Source of the DNA: an uncultured Chloroflexia bacterium
Lineage (GTDB): Bacteria > Chloroflexota > Limnocylindria > Limnocylindrales > CSP1-4
NCBI GenBank assembly: GCA_963810725.1
Contig: CAWEOO010000008.1
Span: forward strand, 588,189-652,188
Direction of reading: 5' to 3'
DNA length: 64,000 nucleotides
The stretch's first letter is position 1. The number at the start of each line of letters is the position of its first letter. The notes below the pieces were generated by a model. It was not told the DNA's origin. It did no database searches and worked only from the letters and a program-made list of their open reading frames with translations. A program made the translations under genes and the position numbers. Shown piece by piece: positions 47,207-60,719 of the stretch.

Positions 47207-47301
47207 GGAACGGCCTCTGACGGCGACTCGGCCCGCCGCTTCCGCAACCTAGCGAGCACACGACCGCAACCTTTCGGGGCCGCAACCTTTCCTACCCTTG
47301 T

Positions 47302-48672
47302 ATGGTGACGACGATGGCCGCCGACCGAACGACGCTGCGCGACGCTCCCCCGCCAAAACCGGCGGGCCGCAAGCGCGCGCCCGACGACGCCCGCGCGAAC
47401 CCGCCGGGCGCCGGCGACCGGAACCCACTGCCCGCCTCGGATCAGCTCGATCAGCTGCAGTTCATCCACGACGTCGCGCGGCTGGCGACCACGGCGCGCA
47501 CCTGGGACGAGCTGCTCGAGACCGTCGTCGACGGGACGCGCGACGCCCTCCATGCCGATGTCTCCTCGCTGTACCTGCTCGACCGGGACGGAGCGTACCT
47601 GACGCTGGCCGCGACCAACGGCCTCGACCGCTTCCAGATCGGCCGGGCGCGGGTCCCGTTCGGGGAGGGCGTGACGGGCTGGGTCGCGGACCACCGGGAG
47701 CCGCTGATGATCCCGGACGTCAAGGCCGACCCGCGCTTCCTGTGGGTCCGCGGGCTCGACCAGCGCCGGTTCGTGACGTCGATGCTCAGCGTGCCGCTGT
47801 CGTGGCACGACCAGACCGTCGGCGTGCTCAACGTCCAGACCGAGGCGCCCCGGGTGTTCAGCCCCTCGGACGTGGCCCAGCTGAGCGCCGTCGCGGACCT
47901 GCTGGCCGGCATCGTCGAGAAGGGCCGCCAGCAGTCGGAGGCGGAGGCGCGGGTCGAGTCGCTCAAGGCGATCGACGAGGCCCGCAGCGAGCTCATCGCC
48001 CTCGTCACGCACGAGCTGCGAACACCACTGGCCGTCGTCCGCGCCTACGCGGACCTGCTGGCCGAGGAGCCCCAGCTCGCTGGGCGCGAATCGCGCGACG
48101 TCGAGCGGCGCAAGACACGCGCCGACTGGCACGGTGCCGCGCTCGAGCAGATCGAGCGGCTGGACCGCCTCGTCGACTCGATCCTCGCGTCGGTGCGCGT
48201 GGTGCCGGAGGACGCGCCGTCGGTCACGCCGGTGGACGTCGAGGCGCTCGTCGCCGAGGTCCTCGGGTCGCTGCGGCCGCTGCTGGGGCGGCATCACGTG
48301 GCCGCTCACGGCTCCCCGCGGCTCCACGGCCTCGCCGATCCGCCGCGCCTTCGCCAGATCATCGAGCACCTCGTCGAGAACGCCGTGAAGTACGCGCCGT
48401 CGGAGACGACGATCACGATCGACTGGGCGCTCGTCGAAGGCGTCGTCCACCTCGGCATCAGCGACGAGGGCCCGGGCATCCCCGACGAATGGCGCCACCG
48501 GATCTTCGAACCCTACGCGCGGCGCGACACGCACACGGCGCGTGGCTCCGGGATCGGGCTGTACGCCGCGAAGCGACTCGGTGAATCGATGGGCGCGCAC
48601 CTGTGGTGCGAGCCCGCCAAGCCGCACGGAGCGCAATTCGTCGTCGCGATGCCGGCCGCGGTCGCCATCTGA
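47302..48672 (+). CDS. GAF-domain sensor histidine kinase
   Basis: ORF 47302..48672. A GAF region (LYLLDRDGAYL...GVTGWV...LSVPL) is followed by the H-box VTHELRTPL, the N-box ENAVKYAP, and G-boxes DEGPGIP and GSGIGLY. Confidence 0.85.
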   Translation: MVTTMAADRTTLRDAPPPKPAGRKRAPDDARANPPGAGDRNPLPASDQLDQLQFIHDVARLATTARTWDELLETVVDGTRDALHADVSSLYLLDRDGAYLTLAATNGLDRFQIGRARVPFGEGVTGWVADHREPLMIPDVKADPRFLWVRGLDQRRFVTSMLSVPLSWHDQTVGVLNVQTEAPRVFSPSDVAQLSAVADLLAGIVEKGRQQSEAEARVESLKAIDEARSELIALVTHELRTPLAVVRAYADLLAEEPQLAGRESRDVERRKTRADWHGAALEQIERLDRLVDSILASVRVVPEDAPSVTPVDVEALVAEVLGSLRPLLGRHHVAAHGSPRLHGLADPPRLRQIIEHLVENAVKYAPSETTITIDWALVEGVVHLGISDEGPGIPDEWRHRIFEPYARRDTHTARGSGIGLYAAKRLGESMGAHLWCEPAKPHGAQFVVAMPAAVAI

Positions 48673-48687
48673 CCCTACGAGAGGACC

Positions 48688-49407
48688 ATGATCAGCATGC
48701 CCAGCCGCTCCCTCCGAATCCTCGTGGTGGACGACGACCCGGCGATGGTCGGGGCGATCACCGCGCTCGTCGGTACGGAGGGCCACCAAGTCATCACCGC
48801 GTACGACGGCCTGACCGCCGTGAAGCGCTTCCGCGATGAGCATCCGGATCTCGTCCTGCTCGACCTCGCGATGCCGGGACCCGACGGGTTCAGCGTGGCG
48901 GGCCAGATGCGGGCGGTCGGCCAGGCGCCGATCCTCGTCGTGTCCGGGGAGAGCGGCGAGGCCGCCAAGGTCCGCGCGCTCGGCATCGGCGCGGACGACT
49001 ACCTGACGAAGCCGTTCGGCAAGGCCGAGTTGCTGGCGCGGATCGCCGCGGTCATGCGCCGGGTGGACCGGCCTGGGGCGAGCGGCGGACCGGCCGGACC
49101 GCTGGAGGCCGGGGCGCTCGTCCTGGAGCCCGGGCGGCACGAGGCGCGAGTCGGCGACGTGTCGCTGGCCCTCACCCCGACCGAGTTCCGGCTGCTCGAA
49201 GCGCTCGTCCGCGCGGACGGCGACATCGTCCCGCACCTGCAGCTCGCGCGGGCGGGCTGGCCGGCCGAAAGCGATCCGGACCTGCTCTGGCTGAAGCCGC
49301 ACTTGGCGCGGTTGCGGGCGAAGGTGGAGGCCGCGGGCGGGCCGCACGTCGTGGCGGTCCGGGGCGTGGGCTATCGGATCGTCGTGGAGGGGATCGCGGC
49401 CGGCTGA
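48688..49407 (+). CDS. OmpR/PhoB-family response regulator
   Basis: ORF 48688..49407. The receiver domain has ILVVDDD, the phospho-acceptor in LVLLDLAMPG, and a conserved K in YLTKPF. The C-terminus is a winged helix (LTPTEFRLLEAL...RGVGYRI). Confidence 0.9.
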   Translation: MISMPSRSLRILVVDDDPAMVGAITALVGTEGHQVITAYDGLTAVKRFRDEHPDLVLLDLAMPGPDGFSVAGQMRAVGQAPILVVSGESGEAAKVRALGIGADDYLTKPFGKAELLARIAAVMRRVDRPGASGGPAGPLEAGALVLEPGRHEARVGDVSLALTPTEFRLLEALVRADGDIVPHLQLARAGWPAESDPDLLWLKPHLARLRAKVEAAGGPHVVAVRGVGYRIVVEGIAAG

Positions 49408-49414
49408 CCGGCTG

Positions 49415-49433
49415 CCGACCTAGCTGGTCGGCG
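49415..49433. terminator. short hairpin between convergent genes
   Basis: GCCGACC-tagct-GGTCGGC. There is no clear U tract, so this is weak. Confidence 0.25.
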
Positions 49434-49655
49434 TCAGACGTTCACCGAGATCGCGCGGCCACTCGTGTCGTGCGCCGCATCGGCACACGTGACCCGGCAA
49501 CCGCGCGCATCGCGCCCGCCGAGCGGATTGAAGTGGAACCACGCGTCACCGGTCGCGGCCAGGCGACAACCACACGCGGCACAGGTGACGGGCGCTCCCT
49601 GCCCGCCTCGGACGGCGAGCGGGCGGTGGAGCTCGGGTTCGGACGGAAGGATCAT
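49434..49655 (-). CDS. small Cys-containing hypothetical protein
   Basis: Tail of ORF 49434..49895 from ATG 49655, with an AAGGTG box upstream. The 73-aa product is MILPSEPEL...VTCAACGCRL...DARGCRVTCADAAH. Confidence 0.3.
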   Translation of the reverse strand: MILPSEPELHRPLAVRGGQGAPVTCAACGCRLAATGDAWFHFNPLGGRDARGCRVTCADAAHDTSGRAISVNV

Positions 49656-50005
49656 GGCGTTCACCTTGTCGTGTTGCGGTCGGGCGGAGGCCGGGGCGGA
49701 GAGGGTCGCGAACGCCGACGGGTGACGCTTCCCCAACATGACGCCAAGCGTAGGTTCTGCCTCGGTCCGCGTCGGCGCCGACAGGGCAGCGGCACGGTTG
49801 CGGCTCGGTGGCGAGCAGGGAATGCACCACGAGACAGGGACCTGGCGATAGAACGTGACATGTCTTGGCATGTATGTCTGGGAGCATACGGACATCGCAC
49901 GCGATGTCGGGCTCCTGGCCCCATCTCATGGATGGCCTGTGGGCCTATCGATAAGACCAGGGACGGTCCACCATGACGGTACCGACATCGCCCTGGAGGC
50001 TCGCC

Positions 50006-50122
50006 ATGGAAATGCTCTTCATCTGGATCGTCGTCATCGCCGCCCTCATCGCCCTGGATGCGGGAGCCCTTCGCTGGGGCGCCGACTCGCGCGACATCCT
50101 GCCCGACGACCACCGCCGCTGA
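50006..50122 (+). CDS. candidate 38-aa single-TM peptide
   Basis: Not in the ORF track. The product is MEMLFIWIVVIAALIALDAGALRWGADSRDILPDDHRR. It lies directly upstream of the 50155 ORF. Confidence 0.3.
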   Translation: MEMLFIWIVVIAALIALDAGALRWGADSRDILPDDHRR

Positions 50123-50154
50123 TCCCCACCGCCGCAAGCAACGGAGCATCCACC

Positions 50155-50388
50155 ATGTATCTGCTCGACTATGAACTGGCACTGGACCGCATGCGGGAGC
50201 GCACGACCGAGGGTGAGGCCGCACGACGTCTCGCCCTCGCGGGGCCCCGTGACCATGACCCGGTCACAACTCGTCGCCGGCTGGCCCTTGCGCTGGCGCG
50301 TGTGAGCCGTGCGAGCGCTGGGGGCGTTCGGCGGCTCGATGCCTGCCTGGCCGACGACCTGGCCGGCCACTTCGCCGCGAACCAGTGA
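50155..50388 (+). CDS. small Arg-rich helical protein, hypothetical
   Basis: Frame of ORF 49855..50388 from ATG 50155, with GGAG 8 nt upstream. The product is MYLLDYELALDRMRERTTEGEAARRLALAG...RRRLALALARVS. The stop overlaps the next GTG (GTGA). Confidence 0.35.
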   Translation: MYLLDYELALDRMRERTTEGEAARRLALAGPRDHDPVTTRRRLALALARVSRASAGGVRRLDACLADDLAGHFAANQ

Positions 50389-50942
50389 CGCCGGCCACGA
50401 TCTCGACCGGGCCGGCCACGACGATCGATCCCGTCGCCTCGCCGGAGGCCTATCGACGCGCGCTGCTGTCGTGGCTCGGCGAGGACGACCCCGCCGTCGT
50501 CCAGCGGGCGACGGTCGAGCGGTTGCGAGAGATCGTGGCGGCCGCCGGCGACCGGCTGCGCGTCCGACCGGAGCCGCTCGAATGGTCGGTCATCGAGTGC
50601 GTCGGCCATCTCGTCGATTCGGAGCTCGTGGCGGGTGCCCGGATGCGCTGGATCCTCGCCGAGGACGAACCAGACATCGTCGGCTACGACCAGGACCGCT
50701 GGGTCGATGGGCTGCGCCACAACGACGACGACCCTGGGGACCTGATCGAGCTGTTCGAGGCGCTGCGCAGCGCGAACCTGCGGCTGTGGGCGGCGACGCC
50801 GCCGGCCGATCGCGAGCGATTCGGGCGGCACCGCGAGCGCGGACCCGAAAGCTACAGGCTCATCGTCCAGCTCGCGGCCGGCCACGACCGGTTCCACATC
50901 GCCCAGGCGGAACGGGCGCTCGCGGCGGTCCGGGGCCGCTGA
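50385..50942 (+). CDS. DinB-family protein
   Basis: ORF 50385..50942. It has the DinB_2-like metal triad context (ECVGHLVDSEL...AAGHDRFHIAQ). Confidence 0.7.
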   Translation: MTPATISTGPATTIDPVASPEAYRRALLSWLGEDDPAVVQRATVERLREIVAAAGDRLRVRPEPLEWSVIECVGHLVDSELVAGARMRWILAEDEPDIVGYDQDRWVDGLRHNDDDPGDLIELFEALRSANLRLWAATPPADRERFGRHRERGPESYRLIVQLAAGHDRFHIAQAERALAAVRGR

Positions 50943-50945
50943 GGG

Positions 50946-55552
<4,607 letters not shown>

Positions 55553-55642
55553 CGGCTGCCTCCGGGGCGAGCTGTGGGGACGGAGCTGCGGCCGATCGGG
55601 GCTTGGGAGGAGCCTCCCGATCGGCCGCGAGCCCGGGTGGGG

Positions 55643-56872
55643 TTACGTCTGGTACGCGGCCTCGCCGTGCGTCGCGAGGTCGATGCCCATCTCCTCGTCC
55701 GTCGCCGAGACGCGGATCCCGAGGATCACGTCGACGACCTTGACGATGACGAAGGTCGAGACGACCGCGAAGGCGACCGTGGCACCGACGGCGATGAGCT
55801 GGTAGACGAGCTGCTGTCCGTTGCCTTCGAGCAAACCGGTGTAGGCCTCCTGGACGGCGGCCGTCGCGAAGACGCCGGTCGCGACCGCACCGAACATGCC
55901 GCCCACGCCGTGGACCGCGAAGACGTCGAGCGCGTCGTCGATCTTCAGGCGCGAGCGCAGCAGCGTGGCGCTGTAACACAGCCCGCCCACGACGAGACCG
56001 ATGAACAGCGCGCCAGCGACCCCGACGAAGCCGGACGCCGGGGTGATCGCCACGAGGCCGGCCACGGCGCCGCACGCGGCACCGACGACGCTGACCTTGC
56101 CCTTGTGCAGGTAGCTCGCGAGGACCCAGGTGATGGTCGCCGCCGCGGCGGCCGTGTTGGTCACGACGAACGCGTTGGCGGCCAGGCCGTTTGCGGCCAC
56201 GGCGGATCCGGCGTTGAAGCCGAACCAGCCGAACCACAGGAGGCCGGCGCCGAGGACCGTCATCGGCACGTCGTGGGGCTCCATCGGCTCGCCGTTGACG
56301 GCGCGACGCCCGATGAGGAGCGCGACGACGAGGGCCGAGACGCCCGAGCTGATGTGGACCACCGTCCCGCCGGCGAAATCGAGCGCGCCGAGCTTGAACA
56401 GCCAGCCGTCGGATGACCAGACCCAGTGGGCCAGCGGCGAGTACACGAAGATCGACCACAGCAGCGTGAACAGCACGAAGGCGCTGAACCGCTTTCGCTC
56501 GGCGAAGGCACCGGTGATGAGCGCCGGCGTGATGGCCGCGAACATCAGCTGGAACCCGGCGAACAGCACGAACGGCACGGTCGTGGCGTACGTCTCGGAC
56601 GGCTGGAGGCCGACGTTGTTGAAGAACGCGAAGTCGAGCCCGCCGATCAGGCCGAGCCCGCCGACATCAGGCCCGAAGGCGAGGCTGAAGCCGACGACGA
56701 CCCAGACGACACTGACCAGGGCCAGGCCGAAGAAGCTGTGCATGATCGTCGAGAGCACGTTCTTGCGACGGACGAGTCCACCGTAGAACAGGGCCAGCCC
56801 CGGCAGCATGATCATGACCAGGGCCGTCGACATCAACAGCCAGGCGGTATCTCCGGTATCCATCGATCGCAC
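55643..56872 (-). CDS. amt: ammonium transporter
   Basis: ORF 55643..56872. It has 11 TM segments with DFAGGTVVHISSG, GAVAGLVAITPASGFV and VHGVGGMFG. Confidence 0.93.
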   Translation of the reverse strand: MRSMDTGDTAWLLMSTALVMIMLPGLALFYGGLVRRKNVLSTIMHSFFGLALVSVVWVVVGFSLAFGPDVGGLGLIGGLDFAFFNNVGLQPSETYATTVPFVLFAGFQLMFAAITPALITGAFAERKRFSAFVLFTLLWSIFVYSPLAHWVWSSDGWLFKLGALDFAGGTVVHISSGVSALVVALLIGRRAVNGEPMEPHDVPMTVLGAGLLWFGWFGFNAGSAVAANGLAANAFVVTNTAAAAATITWVLASYLHKGKVSVVGAACGAVAGLVAITPASGFVGVAGALFIGLVVGGLCYSATLLRSRLKIDDALDVFAVHGVGGMFGAVATGVFATAAVQEAYTGLLEGNGQQLVYQLIAVGATVAFAVVSTFVIVKVVDVILGIRVSATDEEMGIDLATHGEAAYQT

Positions 56873-56982
56873 ATTCCTTCCAGGTTGCAGCCGTACCTAC
56901 GACAGGTCGTGCAGGGAAGGCTAGGGTGCGAGCCGGTCGTGGTCGGGCCCTCGGGCAGGGCTGACAAGGTGTCGGTTGGGGG

Positions 56983-57029
56983 GCGAACCGGGTTGCGACG
57001 ACCCCATTCGTTGCGAACGGGGTGCGAAC
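56983..57029 (-). promoter_or_regulatory. four GCGAAC-type direct repeats in two 11-nt-spaced pairs upstream of amt (candidate GlnR/OmpR-type boxes)
   Basis: GCGAAC is at 56983, (T)GCGAC at 56994, GCGAAC at 57013 and GCGAAC at 57024. On the amt strand they read GTTCGC. They lie 111-157 nt upstream of the amt ATG at 56872. Confidence 0.35.
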
Positions 57030-57089
57030 GAGCGTGGGCAGCGGCCGCGGTCGACGCAACCCCCGCGTCCGGGGTGGCGCCTCAGTGCG

Positions 57090-57566
57090 TCAGCCAGGTT
57101 CGCTCGGGCGGCGCATCGAGGTGACGACGAGCAGGACGCCGAGGCCGACGAGCACGAGCGGCCAGAACCAGTCGAAATCGATGCTCGGCAGGAACTCGCG
57201 AGCCAGGAAGAAGCCACCGAGGATGATCAGGAAGCCGCCGAGGATCACGGACGCCGGGAAGGCGCCGCGCTCGCCGCCGGCGGCGCGCCGCGCCGCGACT
57301 CGGGCGTCGTGGGCGGCCCGGGCGGCCGCCTGGGCTTCGGGGGTCGCCGCCTCGCCCGCCTCGGCGGCCCGATCGAAGTCGAGCGGCTCCTCCGGTACGA
57401 CCAAGGCCATCACGATGTAGACGAGCAGGGCGATCCCACCGGTGAACACGACGAGCAACGCCCAGATGACGCGGACGAGGGACGGATCGGCGCCCCACAT
57501 CTCGGCGAGGCCGCCGGCGACCCCGGCCAGCATCCGGTCATGGCGGGAGCGGTACAAGCGGTTCAT
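57090..57566 (-). CDS. PspC-domain membrane protein
   Basis: ORF 57090..57566. The N-terminus LYRSRHDRMLAGVAGGLAEMWGADPSLVRVIWALLVVFTGG is the PspC signature. A second TM pair lies at the C-terminus. Confidence 0.8.
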   Translation of the reverse strand: MNRLYRSRHDRMLAGVAGGLAEMWGADPSLVRVIWALLVVFTGGIALLVYIVMALVVPEEPLDFDRAAEAGEAATPEAQAAARAAHDARVAARRAAGGERGAFPASVILGGFLIILGGFFLAREFLPSIDFDWFWPLVLVGLGVLLVVTSMRRPSEPG

Positions 57567-57730
57567 CGGGGTCCTGCCTCACGAGTGGGTCGAACGCGTG
57601 CCGTGCTCCGAGGATAGCAGGGCCGTCACGCGGCTCCCGACGGCGCGCGAGTCGCGGTTCGCAAGCGGGCTGCAACGGTTCCCGGCCAGTCGGTGGCGAG
57701 GCTCGCGGGTCGGCCGACCATACTGGGCCG

Positions 57731-57916
57731 ATGCTGAGTCAAGGTCTGCGCTTCCTGCTGTTGCGCTTCCTGCCCCGGCGCGTCCTGCCGATCCTCACCG
57801 CGATCGAGATCTTCCGGCTCGTCCAGCGTCTGCGCCGCCGCGGCCCGGAGCCCGTCGCGCCGCGGCGACTCGTGACCACCGACCCTCCCGCGAATGACCG
57901 TCCTGACTCCGGCTGA
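57731..57916 (+). CDS. small basic hypothetical protein
   Basis: ORF 57731..57916, product MLSQGLRFLLLRFLPRRVLPILTAIEIFRLVQRLRRRG.... I recognise no domain, and an ORF of this size in GC-rich DNA may be spurious. Confidence 0.2.
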   Translation: MLSQGLRFLLLRFLPRRVLPILTAIEIFRLVQRLRRRGPEPVAPRRLVTTDPPANDRPDSG

Positions 57917-57949
57917 TTCCGGCGTTCGCGACTCGGTGGCCGAACTCGA

Positions 57950-58402
57950 TCAGGAAGTCGCGACCGGCTGACGGAGGTCGGCGTTGCCGTCTCCCTCGCC
58001 CGTCCACCAGTCGGCATGCTCGGCGTCGAGCCGGATCAGCGTGACATTCGCGTCTTCGGGGCCGTTCGGGAACCAGCGCCCGAGCTCGGGCAGCCAGTAC
58101 TCCTTCTTGAGAGAGGGATCAGTCTCGAGCGTCGCCCGGCCGCTGATCGAGATGAAGTCATACGACTCCTCGGCCCGGTAGGCCGCCACCGCCTCCGGAT
58201 CGGCCTGTAGCTCGGCCACGAGCCGGCCGTCGGTCGGAGCGAAGAACCACGATCGCCCCTCCCACTCGACCTGGCCATTGTTCGACATGGGTCGGGCGTG
58301 GAGTTGGCCACCGTCGCCGCGCGTGCTGAAGAGACAGATGTCGATCTTGCCGATCAGCGCGGCGATCTGAGGAATGGCCTCGCGGCCTGAAGCGTCGGTC
58401 AT
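57950..58402 (-). CDS. pyridoxamine 5'-phosphate oxidase-family protein (general stress protein 26-like)
   Basis: ORF 57950..58513 with start at ATG 58402 (MTDASG). Pattern: ICLFSTRGDGGQLHARPM...WFF...YRAEESYDFISISGRATLETD. Confidence 0.7.
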   Translation of the reverse strand: MTDASGREAIPQIAALIGKIDICLFSTRGDGGQLHARPMSNNGQVEWEGRSWFFAPTDGRLVAELQADPEAVAAYRAEESYDFISISGRATLETDPSLKKEYWLPELGRWFPNGPEDANVTLIRLDAEHADWWTGEGDGNADLRQPVATS

Positions 58403-58550
58403 CTGGAAGTCCTCGAATCGGTCGGGCTGGGGGTGGCTCCAACTTTGGGCTGTCGACCGACCTGTGCGTGCCACAGGAGGACCGCTACTGCTGCAGGATC
58501 GTTGCATCCGCAATCAGGGGCGCTATGCCCGCGCCCGTCCGCAGCGAGGG

Positions 58551-59132
58551 TCAATGAGCCGTGGTGCCACCGTGATCGTGAGGGGTCTCGAGCGCACCGG
58601 GCGCGGTCAGGGCCGGAGCGTCGTTGGGGTGTGGGTGTGCTGCACCGTCGGCATGGCCATGGCCATGGCCACTGAGACCGTCGGCCATGGCGAAGGTCGT
58701 CGCGAAGACGACGAAGCCGATACCGACGAGGAACGCCGCCCTGGGGCGCGGGCTCGGGCGCGTCGCCGACCGGCTACGCACAGGACCAGCGCCGCGCAGG
58801 CGAGGCCGGGCGGCCAACATCGACAGCAGGACGATCTCGAAGGCAACGGCGGTCGCATCGGCGATGCCTACCGGCTCCGGACCACCCGGGATCATCGGCA
58901 GTCCGATGGTCCGCGACCAGGCCCACGCGAAGATGACGGCGAGATTGATCCCGATACCCGTCCGGACAAGCGGCCGCGAGCGAGGACGAGCCAGGAGGGC
59001 CAGCGCGAACGCGGCCTGGAAGAAGGCGACCCAGTAGAACCCAAGGGCGAGGTCCCCCAGTGGTTCCACGTGCGTCGACGCGGCCGCGAGGTGGATCGCG
59101 GCGGCGCCGATCGAGAGACTGGCGACGAACAT
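58551..59132 (-). CDS. four-TM membrane protein with His-rich C-terminal tail
   Basis: ORF 58551..59327; the start is probably ATG 59132 (MFVASLSIGAAAIHLAAASTH) or 59213. The tail is GHGHGHADGAAHPHPNDAP...ETPHDHGGTTAH. Confidence 0.55.
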   Translation of the reverse strand: MFVASLSIGAAAIHLAAASTHVEPLGDLALGFYWVAFFQAAFALALLARPRSRPLVRTGIGINLAVIFAWAWSRTIGLPMIPGGPEPVGIADATAVAFEIVLLSMLAARPRLRGAGPVRSRSATRPSPRPRAAFLVGIGFVVFATTFAMADGLSGHGHGHADGAAHPHPNDAPALTAPGALETPHDHGGTTAH

Positions 59133-59346
59133 CGTCTCCGCACGCCGTGACTGCCGTACGGAAGCCGCGGCTCCGTGGTTGGTGCGCCGGCGGTGAGCGA
59201 CCTGGGGGAACATGGCGGCTGCGTTGATCGAGCTCATGGTCATTGGCCTTGCCGGGACTCCAGAGAGGCGCGCCGAGGCGGGCTCCCTCGGGGGAAGAAG
59301 AGGCGGTCGACGGGGAGGAACCGTCAACCGCGAGAAACGAGTGGAG

Positions 59347-60615
59347 TTACTGGCCGAACTTCTCCGGCATCTTGGTGACGATGGCCTCGGAGAGGACGTC
59401 GCCGGTGGCCCACATGTGGGTGTAGCCCATGCCCATCAGCTCGTACGCCATTGCGTAGTCGCCCGCCGCGTAGGCGTCGATGGAGCCGGCCAGATGCTTG
59501 ATGTGCGAGTCGAGCTCAGCCGACAGAACGTCGGCCGGGAGATCCGTGGCCGATGCCAGGAAGGCGCCGAAGTCGCGCGAGTAGCCGGCGAGATCTTCGC
59601 CTGCCTTGGTCTTCTTCGCGTCGTCCTTGGTCGCGGTCCCGACGGTGTAGTCGACGAAGAAGCCGATATGGGCGCGCCACAGCTCGAGGAAGGTCGCCTG
59701 AGCCTCATCACCGAAGACGGACCCGATCGCGTCGCCGAGGGCGACGGTATTGGTCTCGAGCTGGCCGGCGGCCGCATCGAAGGCCTTGGAGCCCTCAAGG
59801 CCACGATGGGTGGCGTTGGAGGCCAGGAAGGCGTGCTCGCCGAGCGCGCTGTCGAGGGCGACCCGGAGGTCGACGGCCGACTTGGTCGCGTCGTCCATCG
59901 CGGCGAACTTGTCCGGGAATTTGGCCGCGATCGCGTCGGCAAGGGTGCCGCCGGTGGCGACCATGTGCTGGTAGGCCATGTCGGTCAGCTCGTAGGCCTT
60001 GGCGTAGTCGCCCGCCGCGTAGGCGTCGACCGACCCGGCCAGGTGCATGACGTGGTTGTTGAGCTCCGCTTCGAGAACGTCTGCGGGCAGATCCGTCGCA
60101 CCGGCGAGGAACGCACCGAAGTCGCGGGAGTAGCCGGCGAGATCTTCGCCCGCCTTGGTCTTCTTGGCGTCGTCCTTGGTCGCGGTCCCGACCGTGTAGT
60201 CGACGAAGAAGCCGATATGGGCGCGCCACAGCTCGAGGAAGGTCGCCTGAGCCTCATCACCGTAGACAGAACCGATCGCGTCGCCGAGGGCGACGGTGTT
60301 CATTTCGAGGGCCGCAGCGGCCGCCTCGAAGTCCTTGCCACCCTCGAGCCCGCGATGGGTCGTCAGCGAGGCGAGCAGGGCGTGCTGCCCGAGGCCGCTC
60401 GCGAGCGCGTAGCGCAGGTCGGCGGATGGGCTCTTGGTCGTGGGAGCCATCGCGTCGGGTGACATGGACGGGGCCACGCTCGGTTCGGTCGAGGGGGCCA
60501 TCGTGGCCTCGACGGACGGCGCCGTCGCGGGTGTGGTGGTGGCTCCGCCGCCCGTGCAGGCCGCGACGAGGATCGCGGTGCCGAGCGTGCTGAGCGCGAG
60601 AGTACGTAGCTTCAC
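59347..60615 (-). CDS. lipoprotein built from two tandem helical repeats of about 183 aa, hypothetical
   Basis: ORF 59347..60615. Lipobox ILVAAC, then a Thr/Pro/Ser linker. Two copies of LGxHAxLASxxTHRGLEG...TFLELWRAHIGFFVDYTVGTATKDDAKKTKAGEDLAGYSRDFGAFLA...AYAAGDYA.AYEL follow. Confidence 0.7.
   Translation of the reverse strand: MKLRTLALSTLGTAILVAACTGGGATTTPATAPSVEATMAPSTEPSVAPSMSPDAMAPTTKSPSADLRYALASGLGQHALLASLTTHRGLEGGKDFEAAAAALEMNTVALGDAIGSVYGDEAQATFLELWRAHIGFFVDYTVGTATKDDAKKTKAGEDLAGYSRDFGAFLAGATDLPADVLEAELNNHVMHLAGSVDAYAAGDYAKAYELTDMAYQHMVATGGTLADAIAAKFPDKFAAMDDATKSAVDLRVALDSALGEHAFLASNATHRGLEGSKAFDAAAGQLETNTVALGDAIGSVFGDEAQATFLELWRAHIGFFVDYTVGTATKDDAKKTKAGEDLAGYSRDFGAFLASATDLPADVLSAELDSHIKHLAGSIDAYAAGDYAMAYELMGMGYTHMWATGDVLSEAIVTKMPEKFGQ
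59569..59748. repeat. near-identical core of the intragenic tandem repeat, copy 1
   Basis: Matches 60118-60297 at an offset of 549 nt (183 codons). I count about 7 mismatches in 180 nt by hand. Confidence 0.8.
60118..60297. repeat. near-identical core of the intragenic tandem repeat, copy 2
   Basis: See 59569-59748. Confidence 0.8.
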
Positions 60616-60719
60616 GAGAATGGGTTCTCCTTGCCTGGGGGCCGGTGTCCTGCATCCTGTGGTCGGACGCGGAGGACGCCGTTGATACGGCGGTGACCCT
60701 CTCAGGGATGACTCCGCGC

